Origin: Pseudogymnoascus verrucosus
Taxonomy: Eukaryota
Reading direction: 5' to 3' (one strand)
Assembly: GCA_001662655.1 (NCBI GenBank)
Contig: KV460212.1
DNA: 64,000 nt
Shown piece after piece: positions 11,681 to 25,703 of this stretch (its first letter is position 1; each line of letters opens with the position of its first letter). Made by a program: the position numbers and the translations under genes. A model generated the notes under the pieces. That model did no database searches. It was not told where the DNA came from and saw nothing but the letters and a program-made list of their open reading frames with translations.

Positions 11681-12718
11681 TCATACATTGGCCGAAGACC
11701 CAAAACACGCCCTTGCTGTTGTAATATCCGGAAACGCTATTAGCGTGAAATTTGATCCCTCATCAACGCTCAAATTCCTCAAATTCGACGAAGGGAGGTA
11801 ATCTGATCCCTCATTACCGCTCAAATGCGTCGCATACGTCTGGGGGACCAGTACCTCAAAAACATCCATTTTACCCAGCTGCTTTAAAGGTCCTAGCCAC
11901 ACTTCCTTCAAATCAGCTGGTGCTGGATTGGGGCATTCATGGGCTATGACCGCAATCTCGAGGTGCCGGAGATTGGGCATACGTGCAAGCATAGCCCACA
12001 TGTCGTGATAAAGCTGCCTGTCTTTGGCCGGGATGACCGAGCAGCCTAGATTGAGAAAGTACCATTTCATCTCGATGGCACTAATAAGTGCGAAGCGTTG
12101 TGGGAGCACTAGTGACGAAAAGTCACAAAGAAGCTGTCGAGTGTCGAAGTCGAAGGTCGTGGTGCTGTAGAGGATGTCGATTGCTTCTGAATACCTTGCG
12201 TTGAGTTAGCAGCCTCCCCGAGAATGTGGAACCAGAGCAGCTCAAATATCAGTTATTTACATTTGTCGACATGTCAGCAAAATCGCAAAATCGAGCTTCA
12301 GTTTGCCCATCATTCCGTTTGGGGGTCCTGGATCCCCACCAAGATTTGCCCATCTACATCCATCCCGCCAGATCCTCCAGGAGTGATCATACCCCTTGGT
12401 TTGGTCCCACGTGCAAATGCAGTGCCACCATCGCCACTCTAAATGCTCCTTCTTCTTGTCTGTACGGTACTCGCGCGGTCCAAATTCGAAGGCCACGTGG
12501 ACTTTGCGATGGCCGAGGACATCGTCGTAGATGCGAAGGCGAAGTTCGATCGGCAGCCTCGACAAGAGCCCCGATGCAAGTTGACTAGGGTCATATAGAG
12601 TCAAAGCTCGCTCACGAATTTTGGGAAGACGTGGCTGAAGGTCTTTGTCCTGATATTCTGGCCGCTTCGGACGAGAAATCTTACGATTCTGTGACTCAGT
12701 TAGAACAATTGCGCTCAT
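11681..12718 (-). CDS. Intracellular F-box-like/DUF7730-type fungal protein, 2 exons
   Basis: LLSRLPIELRLRIYDDVLG and spliced AILLTCRQMYSEAIDILYSTTTFDF motifs; intron ~12195-12261 joins ORFs 12257-12718 and 11681-12109. Confidence 0.75.
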
Positions 12719-13015
12719 TAGTTAGATGGGCACTGAGTAAAACCTTGCGACTGAAGAGCTTCTTAAAGTCCATTATCATGTGCCTTGTGAGCTCCTCAGT
12801 GTACAGGTCGATCGATTGTGTCGGTCTGTCTGCTATAAAACTGCGGTCCAGGAGGGTTATTAGGGTAACCCCTGATTAGGGGTTGGTGCACGGACGATTT
12901 CCGCGTATTCTGTCGGAATCCGACGCGTCCTACGACACACTCATTTGAAGCTTGGACTCTTTTCGCGTATTCTGTTAGAATACGAAGCAGCATAAAGGTC
13001 TTGAGGAGGGCTGGC

Positions 13016-14975
13016 TTACGTGAAATTGCTGTACACCAGATAGAGCGCCATTAGGTAGAACGTCAGCCCTAACACCCCGCTGCTCTTCGCATATTTGTCC
13101 CGGACGCGGTTGCGGTCAGCAAGCATGCAATATGCGGATTGCCTCTTGGGGTCAGGCGACCTAGAGTCGAGGCAATGTAGGTCGACCGCTAGCGCATACG
13201 AGATGCTGCTAACATTCTCAAGGTCGTACTTCGAATCGAGCTCTGTCATCAGATCCCGCCGTCCATCCGAGTACAAGCTATCGGCCGCATTAGGCGAGTC
13301 ATTGGAATCCAGTCGCTAATCCCCTCTCTCTAACCCCCGGTGTCTACCATGGGTCGTAGTGTCAGCTCTCCTAGCGACCCCTTCGTCAGCTCTCCTACCG
13401 AGGCCCTCGTCGTCCCCTTCACATGATGATCTAGAGTCCGAGCCGTCCCTACTGTCGGCGGCCGCGTCATCATCCGTTCGGAGACGAGTCTCTTTCTCTA
13501 GCAACGCCAACCGCTCGCTAACCTTAATCTCAATATTAGCTCCGTAGTCGTAGGCGTGAAATGCAGGCTAGTTCTCCGCCTAGAACGGATCGTATAAGTG
13601 CTGTTCCACGAGCAGTGGCCAGTCTTCTATAAACCGCTCTTAGAATATAGTCCATATATCGCCCGTTAGCGTCTACAAGAGGGGGCTATTTAACATCCAC
13701 GAGGGCTCGACTCTCTCCCCTATGACTTCTCTAGTCTAGAAGACGTCCTTGATGTACAACGCCAGAACCCAAGCATGATGCAGCATAAGCGCGCTAAGCT
13801 GGCTCAATCTCGCCTGTTTCTTCAACTGCTCCTGTCGCGAGGACAGTAGCTCCACGGCCGGCAGCATGATTAGGTGCATCACTATAAACCACTTCTCTCT
13901 CGACGACGCCACGGCTAGCCTAAAGGTCTGGTTCTAGAGGTTGAAGGGCAGCTTGTATTGGACCTTGGCCGTGTATAGCTCCTGCTAGTCCTTAAACGTA
14001 ACGGTGACATTGTTAAAGAAGCGCTCGTTCCTCCACGTCATAGGCCTAAGGGGCCGCCCAACAATGTAGATATAGTCGAGGAAGAAGAGCGGATGGTATT
14101 CGTCGTCGACATCAGCCGCCTTCAACCCACCGCGACGACTGCTGTAACCTATAGTGTACAACTAGTGAACTATCTCTAGCGCTTGCGGCCCATTGAAGCC
14201 TGTTGATTCCGTCTTCGCAATAAAATTCTTTGCTGCTCAATTTCAGTCTCGCTCAACCGCGACAGAGTGGTGGGTTGGACTTACCCTTAAGCTTATGGTC
14301 TCTAGTAGAATGGTCCACCCTCTACGACAGAGGGTCTTCTGCACCTGCTGGCGGATCTTCCTCCTTAAAGATCTCCTCTTCATCGTCGTCTTCATCAACA
14401 GACATCAACGTTTGATTGCCATAGAGACCATCGTTGCCGTCATCGTCCTCAAATGTCTCATTAGCATGAATTGTTTCGCTGATAGATGCTCCATCCATAC
14501 TATTACTAACGGATGCTCTATGTACGCTCCTACTTCTATAGCCTACAGAACCTTTCGGAGTTGTTGAGGCAGCACTTACATGGCCGCCCACGTTAAGCCT
14601 AAAGAGCTCATTGCATTCGCCTAGCTGGTTCACAAACAGTCCAGGCAAAACTAGATCAATGGAGAAGTCTGCGTCAAAATCGTTCGCCATTGCGTTGGAG
14701 GCTAACAGAATGGACCCTTCCTGGAGAAACACTCGGTCTTAAACAATACCAGCGACTCACGCCTTCTAAGACCTCACCAGGGTTCCTAGATGACCCGGAG
14801 GAACCGAAATCAATTCCTCCTGATTCTTGCATGTTCGAGCCCCGTGGGGCCTGGCCCCGTCGTCTTTCACTGGTCCTCGTACACAGTGGCTTGCTCTAGG
14901 TAGTCCTACTCGTCGTTCTACTAGTCGTCCTACTCGTCGTCCTACTAGTCGTCCCACCTGTCGGTGTCTTATCAC
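13016..14975 (-). pseudogene. RIP-mutated, truncated ORF of unknown family, probably from a repeated/mobile element
   Basis: Protein-like fragments in series (acidic tract, HPLFFLDYIYIVGRP, WFIVMH, ISYALAVDLHC, CMLADRN) broken by TAG/TAA at positions consistent with TGG/CAG; ends abruptly at ~13016. Confidence 0.55.
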
Positions 14976-16442
14976 GGCGCGCGGAAGCTAGGGGTCGAAC
15001 CCGAAGCTTGACGATCTTAATAATCGGATTCTAACATATCTAAGCTGGACGGATACGTCAGGAGATTACACCATTCGCGCCATGGCCTTAGCAGCCGGGC
15101 TTTTTCTCCACGCGGGCTCTAGCCGCCTCTTTGCGTCCATCCTGGGATTTACAGGCCTGCCTATTTATACCGGTGCGCTGATATAGGTCCCCAAATCCGC
15201 GTCCAACACCTTATTTACCGTATTACACGCGGAACCAGTCTCATGATGCAGTCTCCTGAGGCCTACGGGAAGCGCGGGTATCTTAATCGTGAGGGTCTGG
15301 CTTTTACTAGCGACCCTCTCAGCACCCTGCTGAGTAGCTCCGCTTTCCTCATCCAAACTACTCTGTCTCACAGGAGTCTAACAAAATCATGACCCTCTTC
15401 GACGTAAGCGTCATGCACCTCTTCATCGACAGATACTCCATCCAGGGGTCTCCAGTCGTGCGTATCATTAGCCCACACGCTGTAGACATGGCCGAATGCC
15501 TGATATCAAGGTTCGCCTCTTCTTATGCTCTATGAGGATGGGGATTTAACGCAAACCAGGCAGGCGCCTCGGTCCAGGGCGTGAACAGCCTCAAAATCCT
15601 CTAGGCGCCTACCGACCAGAGTGGCAAAGAGTCCTAGGGGACGATCGAGGCAAAAGCCTCGACTGCCGGCATTACAGCGAAAGGGCCATCGTCGAACAGC
15701 GCATCAAAGACTCCTGCGAGGAGATGGCGGACAAGATCGAGGAGCACGTTGCCGTCCTAGACTCCAACCTCGCAGCGCAGCGAAGATATCATCGCCTGTT
15801 CAAGCACCTCCGCCAGCTGGCTTCGGATGAAGACGACGCTCGGGAGTAAGGAGTCTCCCGTCCCACAGCGCACGATCCGATCGCGTCGCCCAGCTCGACC
15901 ATGCACTAATTCGATCGTCTCGATCTTCAAACTTGCTGTTCTCGCATCCCTCACGGGTTGGGCGATTGCACCTCGCTGTGTATCCCCTCGTCATTTATCA
16001 TGCCTGCCCTGCTTGTCTTGTCCACGCGCATGATTCGATAGCCTCGCCTTGGTGTCCTCGCGTTTTCCTGTTATCTGTGAGCTGCACCCGGCCCCCTATC
16101 ACGCTAAGAACTAAGAGCACTGCCTGCCCCATCCCCAATCGATCCTATCAGCATTCTTGCTCGCATTACCCACGGACTGGTGCGATCACACCTCGCCATG
16201 CAACCACTTTTCTTCTCCTGTCTGCCTGGTCCGCCCTGATTTCTTCACCTATGAGCCGACCGCCGAGCTCTACCTTCTCGCTCATGTGTCTATGCCGGCC
16301 TGCTTCCATATCTGTTCCCGTCGAGGTCTACTCTACCGGCAGCCTGCGTTTGATCTTCTCTGTTCCCGCCGAGTTATACTACGCCAGCCTACATTTGATC
16401 TGCTTAACCTGCTTTAGCACCCGGAGCTGAAGATGCCGGGCC

Positions 16443-18651
16443 TGTTACGGATGTGAGACTAGGCCCGTAGCAGGCCGCTACGCCACGTCTAGGAGCTACT
16501 ATCACATGTTTGAGGCTGTTTGAGAGCTTTAGCTCAGGCCCTCACTCTAGCCTACTTACACCACGTAGGCTCCGTAGATAGTTTAGTTAGTCAATTGATT
16601 GTATTACTGCATACTATGCTATATACTCTAGTTTTCGATGTCCCTATTTTCGCCTGCATTTTACCACCTATGGGATACACAGCCGTTTTCGCTATGAATC
16701 TCTAGCTACAGCTAATATCCTCTAACGTATTTCACATACGAGTGGCCTACACAAGCGAGTGGCCTACCAAAACACTAAAATTTGACTATTACTGCCTACT
16801 ACTACACCACCACCCTACATAATGACCCTTATTCAATCGTAATTAAATCCTCGTGCCTCTCGCACGTACAGGAGTTATGGCCTATAATACTACATAAGCC
16901 GCAGCGCTTGTGTTGGCCCTTAGAGCCTACCTACCAACTACTCTTACTTGCTACCTCTATACAGACTTAAGCTTTAACCTTAGCACTTTAAACAATATCC
17001 TCTCCCTCTTATATAGAGAGACTACCCCCTTGCATTATACACCTCTTACACTTCCTTTCCCTCCTATTTTTCTACTCATTTGCTGCTTATAGAGCCTTAA
17101 CTTCTACCTTAAGTAGAATAGTAGAATGTATTATAACTTACACCCCTTTAACAAAGTAGCTAATAGCATTATTAATTAAGGTAGGAGAGCTATTCTAATG
17201 TTATACAACATAGTTCTTAATATGCTCTATTTAAAAATTAAGCTCCTTTATAGTTTAAGAAGGTCTTTAAAGTCTAATTATTACTCTTAACTATTAGAGG
17301 AGTTAGAGTTCTTAAGTATAGATTAAGCTAAGAAAGAATATTATATAGCTTATATAAAACTACTCTTATAGCTTAGAATCTACTCTTAATGTTCTACTCT
17401 ATAAATGTAGCTTTAAATGCTTCCTTAAATATAAAGAGAAACCTAAGCTTTATAATATAGTTTAGCCTATTCTATATAAAGGTTTTAATCTAACATCTAT
17501 ATAAAAGCTTTAGTAGAGTAAAGCAGCTTATATTAAGTAGCTAAAGAATGTATAATAAGTATAATAGTATATAAAGGGTAATTATCTTCTATTTTATATA
17601 ATAGTACTAAAATTAAGCTAAGAGGTAGCTCTTATGTCTATTAAGAATAAGAAGATAATAGGTTCTAATTATATAAGTGCTTATATGTTAATTAAAGTGT
17701 TAAATCTACTTATACCTAATTAAATTTAAAGTCTACCTATTCTTACTTAATATAATTACTTAATTGTCTTAAGTCCTTATACTAAATAAAGAGGTAATTC
17801 TATACTTTAAAAATAATAAATAGTAGGAGTGCCTATCTATATAAATTAACACCTTAGATAATTAACACCTATTCCCTATTCTCTAGCTATATAGTCTTTA
17901 GATAGCTCTTTACTCTTAAGCTTATAACTACCTTTATAGTAGTAATAACTCCTATTATAAAACCTACTTTATTAAAGTTATAGATATTCTACTTTAAGAT
18001 GCTATATTTTATAACTATGTTTTATATAAGAGAGAACTACTATTTAATTATCTTTAGATCTTTACATTTTACTCTTTTATACTTATACTTTAACTAAACA
18101 TTACTTTAATTTCTATATAACACTTTATAAAGTTAGTAGTCTAGTTAATCCTAATAGGGCTCTTACCTTATTTAGAGAGTAGAAGGTTAGCTATTTCTAT
18201 ATACCTTATAGCTAGAGTAGAAATCTACATAAATCTAGGTTAAGGATATACTAAACGAGAGCTAACTCTTTATATAGAGTTAACTTCTATAAGTTAGGAA
18301 TAGAGTTACATTAAGAAGTCATTCCTTAAATTTGTTAACATAGTGTTGTTTAAGGGATATTATATAATGCTATAGATACTTAAACACTTTAGAACTAGCC
18401 TTGTTTAATTATACTAATTACTAATAGTATTCTACCCTCCTAATTAGAGGATTTAGCTTATGTTAGTTGTAGCATGTTGTCTGCTGTTAAGTTGACGCGT
18501 CTTAGTGTTTTAGTGGGCCACTCGCTTATGTGGGCCACTCGTATGTGAAATACGTTAACACATTCTAATAATCTGTCTGTCTAGTAACTGAAATGCATAC
18601 ACGGGGCAAGTCGGTCCGCCCTTGCCGTGGCTTGTGACTAGCGGCTTAACA
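16443..18651. mobile_element. Probable solo LTR (~375 bp) split by the Fot1 insertion
   Basis: Begins TGTTAC at 16443 and ends TTAACA at 18651 (TGTTA/TAACA inverted ends); non-coding; no matching TSD seen. Confidence 0.4.
16725..18555 (-). mobile_element. Fot1/pogo (Tc1-mariner superfamily) DNA transposon, heavily RIP-mutated
   Basis: TIRs ACGTATTTCACATACGAGTGGCC... / ...GGCCACTCGTATGTGAAATACGT with internal CGAGTGGCC duplication; TA TSD at 16723-24 and 18556-57; 1831 bp; TpA-saturated interior; relic transposase start (SSN*EGRILL) on the minus strand. Confidence 0.9.
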
Positions 18652-18848
18652 AAAAGGGGGCTGTGCAGAGTACAGACATCTGGAATTCATGGGCTAAAAA
18701 CTCCATTTGTTATAGGGAGTGGAAATTGAGCTTCCGCCCATATTCGCATTGCACTCTCATTGGTCGGATTGGTACCACGGAATACTAAGCCGGGTAAGAA
18801 ACCGGACTGATATTACCTTGCTGCTCCTGCATGCAATCGTTGCTTGCT

Positions 18849-18935
18849 GCTGTCATGCGGGGGAACATACCCCCGTTAGCAGGGTTGTAGTCGCCGCTGT
18901 CATGCGGGGGAATATACCCCTGTTAGTGGTGTAGT
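18849..18935 (+). repeat. Two-copy 47-bp tandem repeat
   Basis: GCTGTCATGCGGGGGAA(C/T)ATACCCC..GTTAG at 18849 and 18896. Confidence 0.8.
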
Positions 18936-19343
18936 AGAGATGAGGGGGTTCAAGCTTTGTCCTAGTGCGCTAAAGGCCTTGGTTTCCCCCCTTCTCCCGT
19001 TAATATCTACGACATACACTAATCCACCTTCTCCCGTAACTACCATACCCCGCCCCCTCTGCCTTGCCTCTGTATCTTCCATTCCTATGAACAAATTGCT
19101 AGCGTCCGTATACTGAGTGTTTAGGCGAGATGCTACCGCCTTGCCGTATTGTCGCGATCTCTCTAGTGTTTCTAGCTCTACAAAACCTTAGTTTTCATTA
19201 TGAAAATAGAGGTAATACGGACTAATATGACCCCGTGTTAATGGCGTTCGTCAATATATAAAGATGACGATAATTGCGAGATATCAATAACAAGATACAA
19301 TCCACCATTCTTAAGATAACTTACACAAAAGAAATCGATTAAT

Positions 19344-19752
19344 ATGAAGCTTATATATATTGTCACAGCTTTTGCTCTCTCAGCCGCAGCCGCTCCTGTT
19401 GAATCCTCAAACAACAATGAAAATATTGTAAGCTAATGCTTATGATACTAAGTTCCTACATCTAATAGTCATGGTACAGGAGGCGCGTCAGACCCTCACT
19501 TGCACCTCTTCCACGAGCAGCTGTGAGTCCTATATTTATCCTTATAAATGCTTCCCTTTTTGCTAACATGAAACGTTAGCTTGCTATTCACGCTGTCAGA
19601 GCCAGGGTATTCCGGGTTACGGTGCTTGCTCAGGATACGTATGATTACTCCTGCTATCGTCTGTGAATCAGGCATATACTAATTGAATTCTATAGTGTCA
19701 TTTGTTAGATGGCACCCATGGTTACTGCGTGTGCAGTTGCCCGCACCCATAA
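19344..19752 (+). CDS. Small secreted 8-Cys defensin-like peptide precursor (80 aa, 4 exons)
   Basis: Exons 19344-19427, 19480-19522, 19580-19638, 19696-19752, all GT-AG with CTAA(C/T) branch sites; MKLIYIVTAFALSAAAAPVESSNNNENIEAR-QTLTCTSSTSSSCYSRCQSQGIPGYGACSGYCHLLDGTHGYCVCSCPHP*. Confidence 0.85.
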
Positions 19753-20121
19753 TTGACGTATCACACGTCAGTTTGGGAGGATTCTCTCGCTTTCGCTTCT
19801 ATGTTTGTGGTGGGTTGTTGCAGGTCGTTGGTCTCCGTTTGTATAGAGTCCTACAAAAGAGTATGGAATAGAGGAATCCTATACATAACAGCTACTCTTG
19901 TCCTAGGATGAAGGATGGTAGAGTTAGCAGCGTGTGTTAGTTATTAAGAATTGGATCTCTATTTTCAACTTTACATGCTCTCGCCACTCTTAGGTAAGAT
20001 AATATTAAAATTACTATTATAATTTATATAAACACTTAGGAATCATGTAGAACATTTGCAAGTCGTCCTTCTAACTAGTAGATGGTGCAACTAAGTCGTA
20101 ATAGTTTTTATCATTTATGTA

Positions 20122-20263
20122 ACGTATTTCACGTACAAGTGGCCTACACGAGCGAGTAGCCCACTAAAACGCTAAAATGCATTAACTTTACAAATTTTAA
20201 CATACCACAACTAACACAAGCCTAGTCCTCTAATTAGGAGGGTAGAATACTATTAGTAATTAG
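20122..20263 (+). mobile_element. 5' end fragment (TIR plus transposase start) of the same Fot1 family as 16725-18555, opposite orientation
   Basis: TA|ACGTATTTCACGTACAAGTGGCC...TCCTCTAATTAGGAGGGTAGAATACTATTAGTAATTAG matches the reverse complement of ~18420-18555. Confidence 0.85.
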
Positions 20264-21025
20264 CTGGATCTGCCGTGTAGATGGTCTGGATTATGGGATT
20301 GTCTGCAGTGCCTATGCCCCTTCTATTAAGCAGAGCACCCAAGGACAGTAGTCCTGGCACCACAGACAGCAAGCGGTTACGCATAACTACCTTGCTAGAT
20401 GCGTGGTGAATTGTAAATAGGAGTGGCTCTTAGGACAAAACGATACAAAAGGCAGACGTATCTCGACAAAGGCATAGTACGATGCTGACCAGAATACATC
20501 TTATCTAGCAATTTATACGACTTGAAGAATGTAAATTTTTACATGTCTTCCCTTCAAATCAACGTCACACCCGATACTATGCCAACCCCCCTAACCACCT
20601 CATTTTAGGCTAAAAGCAATGGCTGTTGGGGGAGGGGATGAGTGCAATGACGGAGCAATTTAATAGTAGCGCAACAGTGCATGGTTTCGTGAACGAACTA
20701 ACGCCGGGTTTATAAACACTACATAGGCCGTAGTATGGGGTGTCTGTTATTACTCGGCTTGAAAGGTGGGTCGTGCGGGGTATGTTCAGTGATGTCCGTG
20801 CTGTCAATAACTACTTGACCAATTGCTTTAAAAATCAAACAGAGTGCTTTTATGATTATAAAAAGCTAAGATTATATTTTTATAACTTATTATTAAAGGG
20901 TTGTCAAGATACTAAGTTACGAAATTCACGATTTTTGGTGTAAAATGCAGTGTTCCGCTCGCCCGTGTGTTCCGCTCGCATGTGAACCACATTAGTTATT
21001 TGTAGTTTATAATAGAGAGATGATT

Positions 21026-21071
21026 GGGGTGGACCACTCGCTTGTGTGAACCACTCGCTTGTGTCGCACGT
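21026..21071 (+). mobile_element. Isolated right TIR of a Fot1-like element
   Basis: ACCACTCGCTTGTGT duplicated, ending ...GCACGT|TA. Confidence 0.65.
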
Positions 21072-21311
21072 TAGCAAGCAGAAGTAAAAGGGAAGAAACA
21101 AGAGTTCATTTTGTCTGTGCTTGATTTATGCAAATATGAACAAGTCTCCGGCCGGAATAGAAGAAATTTAAAACGCAGCCATCAGCAGCTCCATCCCTCC
21201 ACACTATGTACAATCTCGACCTTCGAAGCCGTCCGAGCCTCAATCCGATGATCACACTAAGTGAAAGAGAAGTCGGCCTTTCAGTCTTTTGACGACACTG
21301 TCAATCATCTC

Positions 21312-22642
<1,331 letters not shown>

Positions 22643-23356
22643 TGCGATGACATACACCCGCCAGCTGCGGAGTATATGGATATCTGATCAGTGTTTCCAT
22701 CAATCGCGGTATCTATTTAGCACGTCACGTTTCATAACTTATTCTCGTCCGTATTTAGGCGATCTAGTAGGGCAATAATAATATTAGTAAGCAAAAGGGA
22801 GAGAAAGACGGAGGAATTACCATTTGTCTGCCCAGCTTGACAGATATTTACTGCAAAGTAGCTATGATTCATGCCTTTCGTGGCGAATAGTTAACCGAGG
22901 TTGCTTTTTAGGAAAGGGAGCGACATGATCCATCCCCTGACAGATCGTCCACCGGGTGGTCCCGATGAACACCCCACCAGAACGCATCTGGTCCCTGACC
23001 TATCGTTGCACAATCATCAGGGTTAACGCAGACCTGGTCATAAATTTCTCGCCACGTACTGTATTTAGCCCAGCTTTGCGGGAAAGAAGCATAACTATGC
23101 CGGTTACATACGAATTACCACTAAATTCGGCTTGGATGGCTATTTACTATAAGTTATACACAGGCTAATTGTGTTGGGCTTTCCTGTTTTAAAGAATTTG
23201 TCGTATAATGGGTGGTGGTATTACAATAAACGCCCATAAGTAACGGCCACGTAAGATTTAAGCGGATAACGCCATAATAACCTACGAATTACATATGATA
23301 ATTAAAACATCAATCCTTCATGGAAGTCTTTAAAATTAAGCAATATAATAGATATA

Positions 23357-25217
23357 ACGTACATGTATAGCGAATGTGCAAAACAAGCGAATGTGCAAAA
23401 ATATCGCAACTACCCCATATGAATTGTGATAAGTCTACCACAACACTAGAAATCAATTAAAACTACTCGGAGACCTCTTCTTCAGACGTGTCTATTTCAA
23501 TCTGACAAGTGCGCGCATTATGCTTAGTCCTACCACATTTTCCATAGCGACGAGCACGGGTTTCTTCCCTCGGCTTGCGACTACCACTTGCCCTTATTTC
23601 CTGCTCTACTTGCTGTATAACGTCCCTCTCATCCTGTAGATCCTGCGCATCCTGTTGACTAAGTGATCCTCCTTGCCGTAGGCGTGTTTTTTTTGCCCTC
23701 CGGCGCTTGCTTAGTACTTCATTTACCTGTCGTAGGTTTTGGTTCTCTGCCTTTAATAATGCTAATTGATGCATTATTTGCAATGCGCCCTTTGTAAACT
23801 GGTCAATAGCTGCATAGATTAAGGTTGGAGAGCTATTTTGATGGCGTGAAATCCGAGTTTTAATAAATGTAGACTGTGACATAGCTTCAATTAGGTTGTT
23901 TAGCGTCTAGGAAACCTAAGGTTGAGCGGTACTAGGGCGGGAGCTTGGAGGTGTTGGTGTCTTTAACTTAAGATCAAGTGTAGAGATCACTCTATTTGGG
24001 TCGAATGGAAGAAGTCCAGCACCTCGGAAGCCTCCTTAAATGTTACTTTCTGTCATTGCAATGTTAAATGTAGCGTGGAAGGTAGGAAAGAAGTCATCCT
24101 TAGTAATGTGAGAAATATGAGCTCGCATTATATCTTTAATTTGCCGACCGTAAGCCTTTTTTAAAGGGCCAAAACAGCTAATATCAAGCGGTTGGAGTAT
24201 ATGGGAAGAATGAGCAGGCATGCAGAGAGTTATAATGTTGTGTTCCTTGCAGTACTCCTCAAACTCATCTGAATGGTGGCTCTCATGACCATCAAGGACT
24301 AAGAGGCGATAACCACTAACACTCCGGGCCTTTGTATGCTTCTCAAAATGCTGAATCCAATCCATGCCTCTCTCGTTTGTAGTCTAGCCATTTTCCGTAA
24401 CAGCAATTACCTAATCGCTTGGAAATCCACTATTCTCATACTATGATGCAAGGTGGTTTTTGCTAGCAACAACGATGAATGGCAGTACTGCCTAGCCTTG
24501 AGAACTAACGCCTTAGATTACTGTAACCCATTCCCGATTACTAGGCTGTACTTTCTTTGCTTTTACCCGCCCGTCTAAGCTTGTTACAACCATAGCAGTT
24601 GAGATAACACCTATTATAAACCTAGTCTCATCAAAGTTGTAGATATCTGCATCGTTGATTCTATACTTCGCAATTGTATTCTGTACAAGCTCAAACCAAC
24701 TACGGATAACTTCTGGGTCTTCACACTTAGCCCTCTAGTAGTCGTATTTGCGCTAGAAGCGTGTCTAGAGCTCTGTGTGGCGCTTCACAAAGTTTGAAGC
24801 CCAACGCGACCTAACGCGTGGCGCGTCGCGTGTTGCAAGTAGTCGATTTGCTATATCTTCAACAATAGACATCCGCGGAGGAAATCCTTTAGCAGCTAGG
24901 TTGAGTATGTGTTGAACAAGGACTGATTCCTCTAGGTTTGACAATTTCCGTGAATTGGCTATAATATCACGTCGTGGTTGCATACCATGTAGACGGCGAC
25001 TAAGCTTGCAGTGGTCTACAGAATAGGTCTTAGCTACAGCGTAAAGGCGTAGCGTAGGGTCTCTTTGAATAGCTTGGATAGCTAAGGTCAACTCTCTCTC
25101 GTCATTTTTAAAAGGCATGTTATGTTGTGGTGGAATTATCGAGTTTAGTTAGGGGGTAGGGTGGTCGCGATATTTTTGCACATTCGCTTGTTTTGCACAT
25201 TCGCTATACATGTACGT
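23357..25217 (-). mobile_element. Fot1/pogo DNA transposon, full length, lightly RIP-mutated
   Basis: Near-perfect ~50-bp TIRs ACGTACATGTATAGCGAATGTGCAAAACAAGCGAATGTGCAAAAATATCGC; TA TSD; 1861 bp; transposase 25118->23463 with HTH/CENP-B region, LLVLDGHESH, QPLD and C-terminal knuckle relic, broken by TAG/TAA. Confidence 0.95.
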
Positions 25218-25703
25218 TATACATATAAATTACTTATACTTATTTTTAATAATAACGGAAAATAACTAGTACTTTGTATGCCACCCGTTTGCCAGAATGC
25301 ACATCTTAATCCTCTGTTCCATACTATGAATATAGCTTTCAAATAGACTGTTAGGTAACGTTTGCCATGCTTCTTTTAAACATTCTTCTACGTTTTTAAT
25401 ATCTTCTTCTAACTTCCCTCTACCTCCCATAATGTCTAGGAACATCTTGAGTGTAAGGCACTTCATTACGTGACATGCGTTTTCAATAGGATTAAGGTCT
25501 AGAGAGTATGGCGGCTAATCTATAGTCCACACTCTCTGCTCTTAGAACTAATTGCGAACTGTGTCTGCAGTATGTATAGAAGCATTATCTTGAATAAAGC
25601 AAGTGTCGTCTAACATATATTACACGTTTGCGTCAAGGCATTCGATGTATGAGTTTGCAGAAAAGCTATGTTTCTTCGACTCGAAATCACAGTCCATTAT
25701 ATA

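Noticed and set aside
15400..16430. GC-rich ORFs between the degenerate gene and the LTR-like sequence
   Set aside because: No coherent protein; may belong to the degenerate element but cannot be supported
18900..19190. Minus-strand 64-aa ORF next to the peptide gene
   Set aside because: Short fragment with no family assignment or splice support
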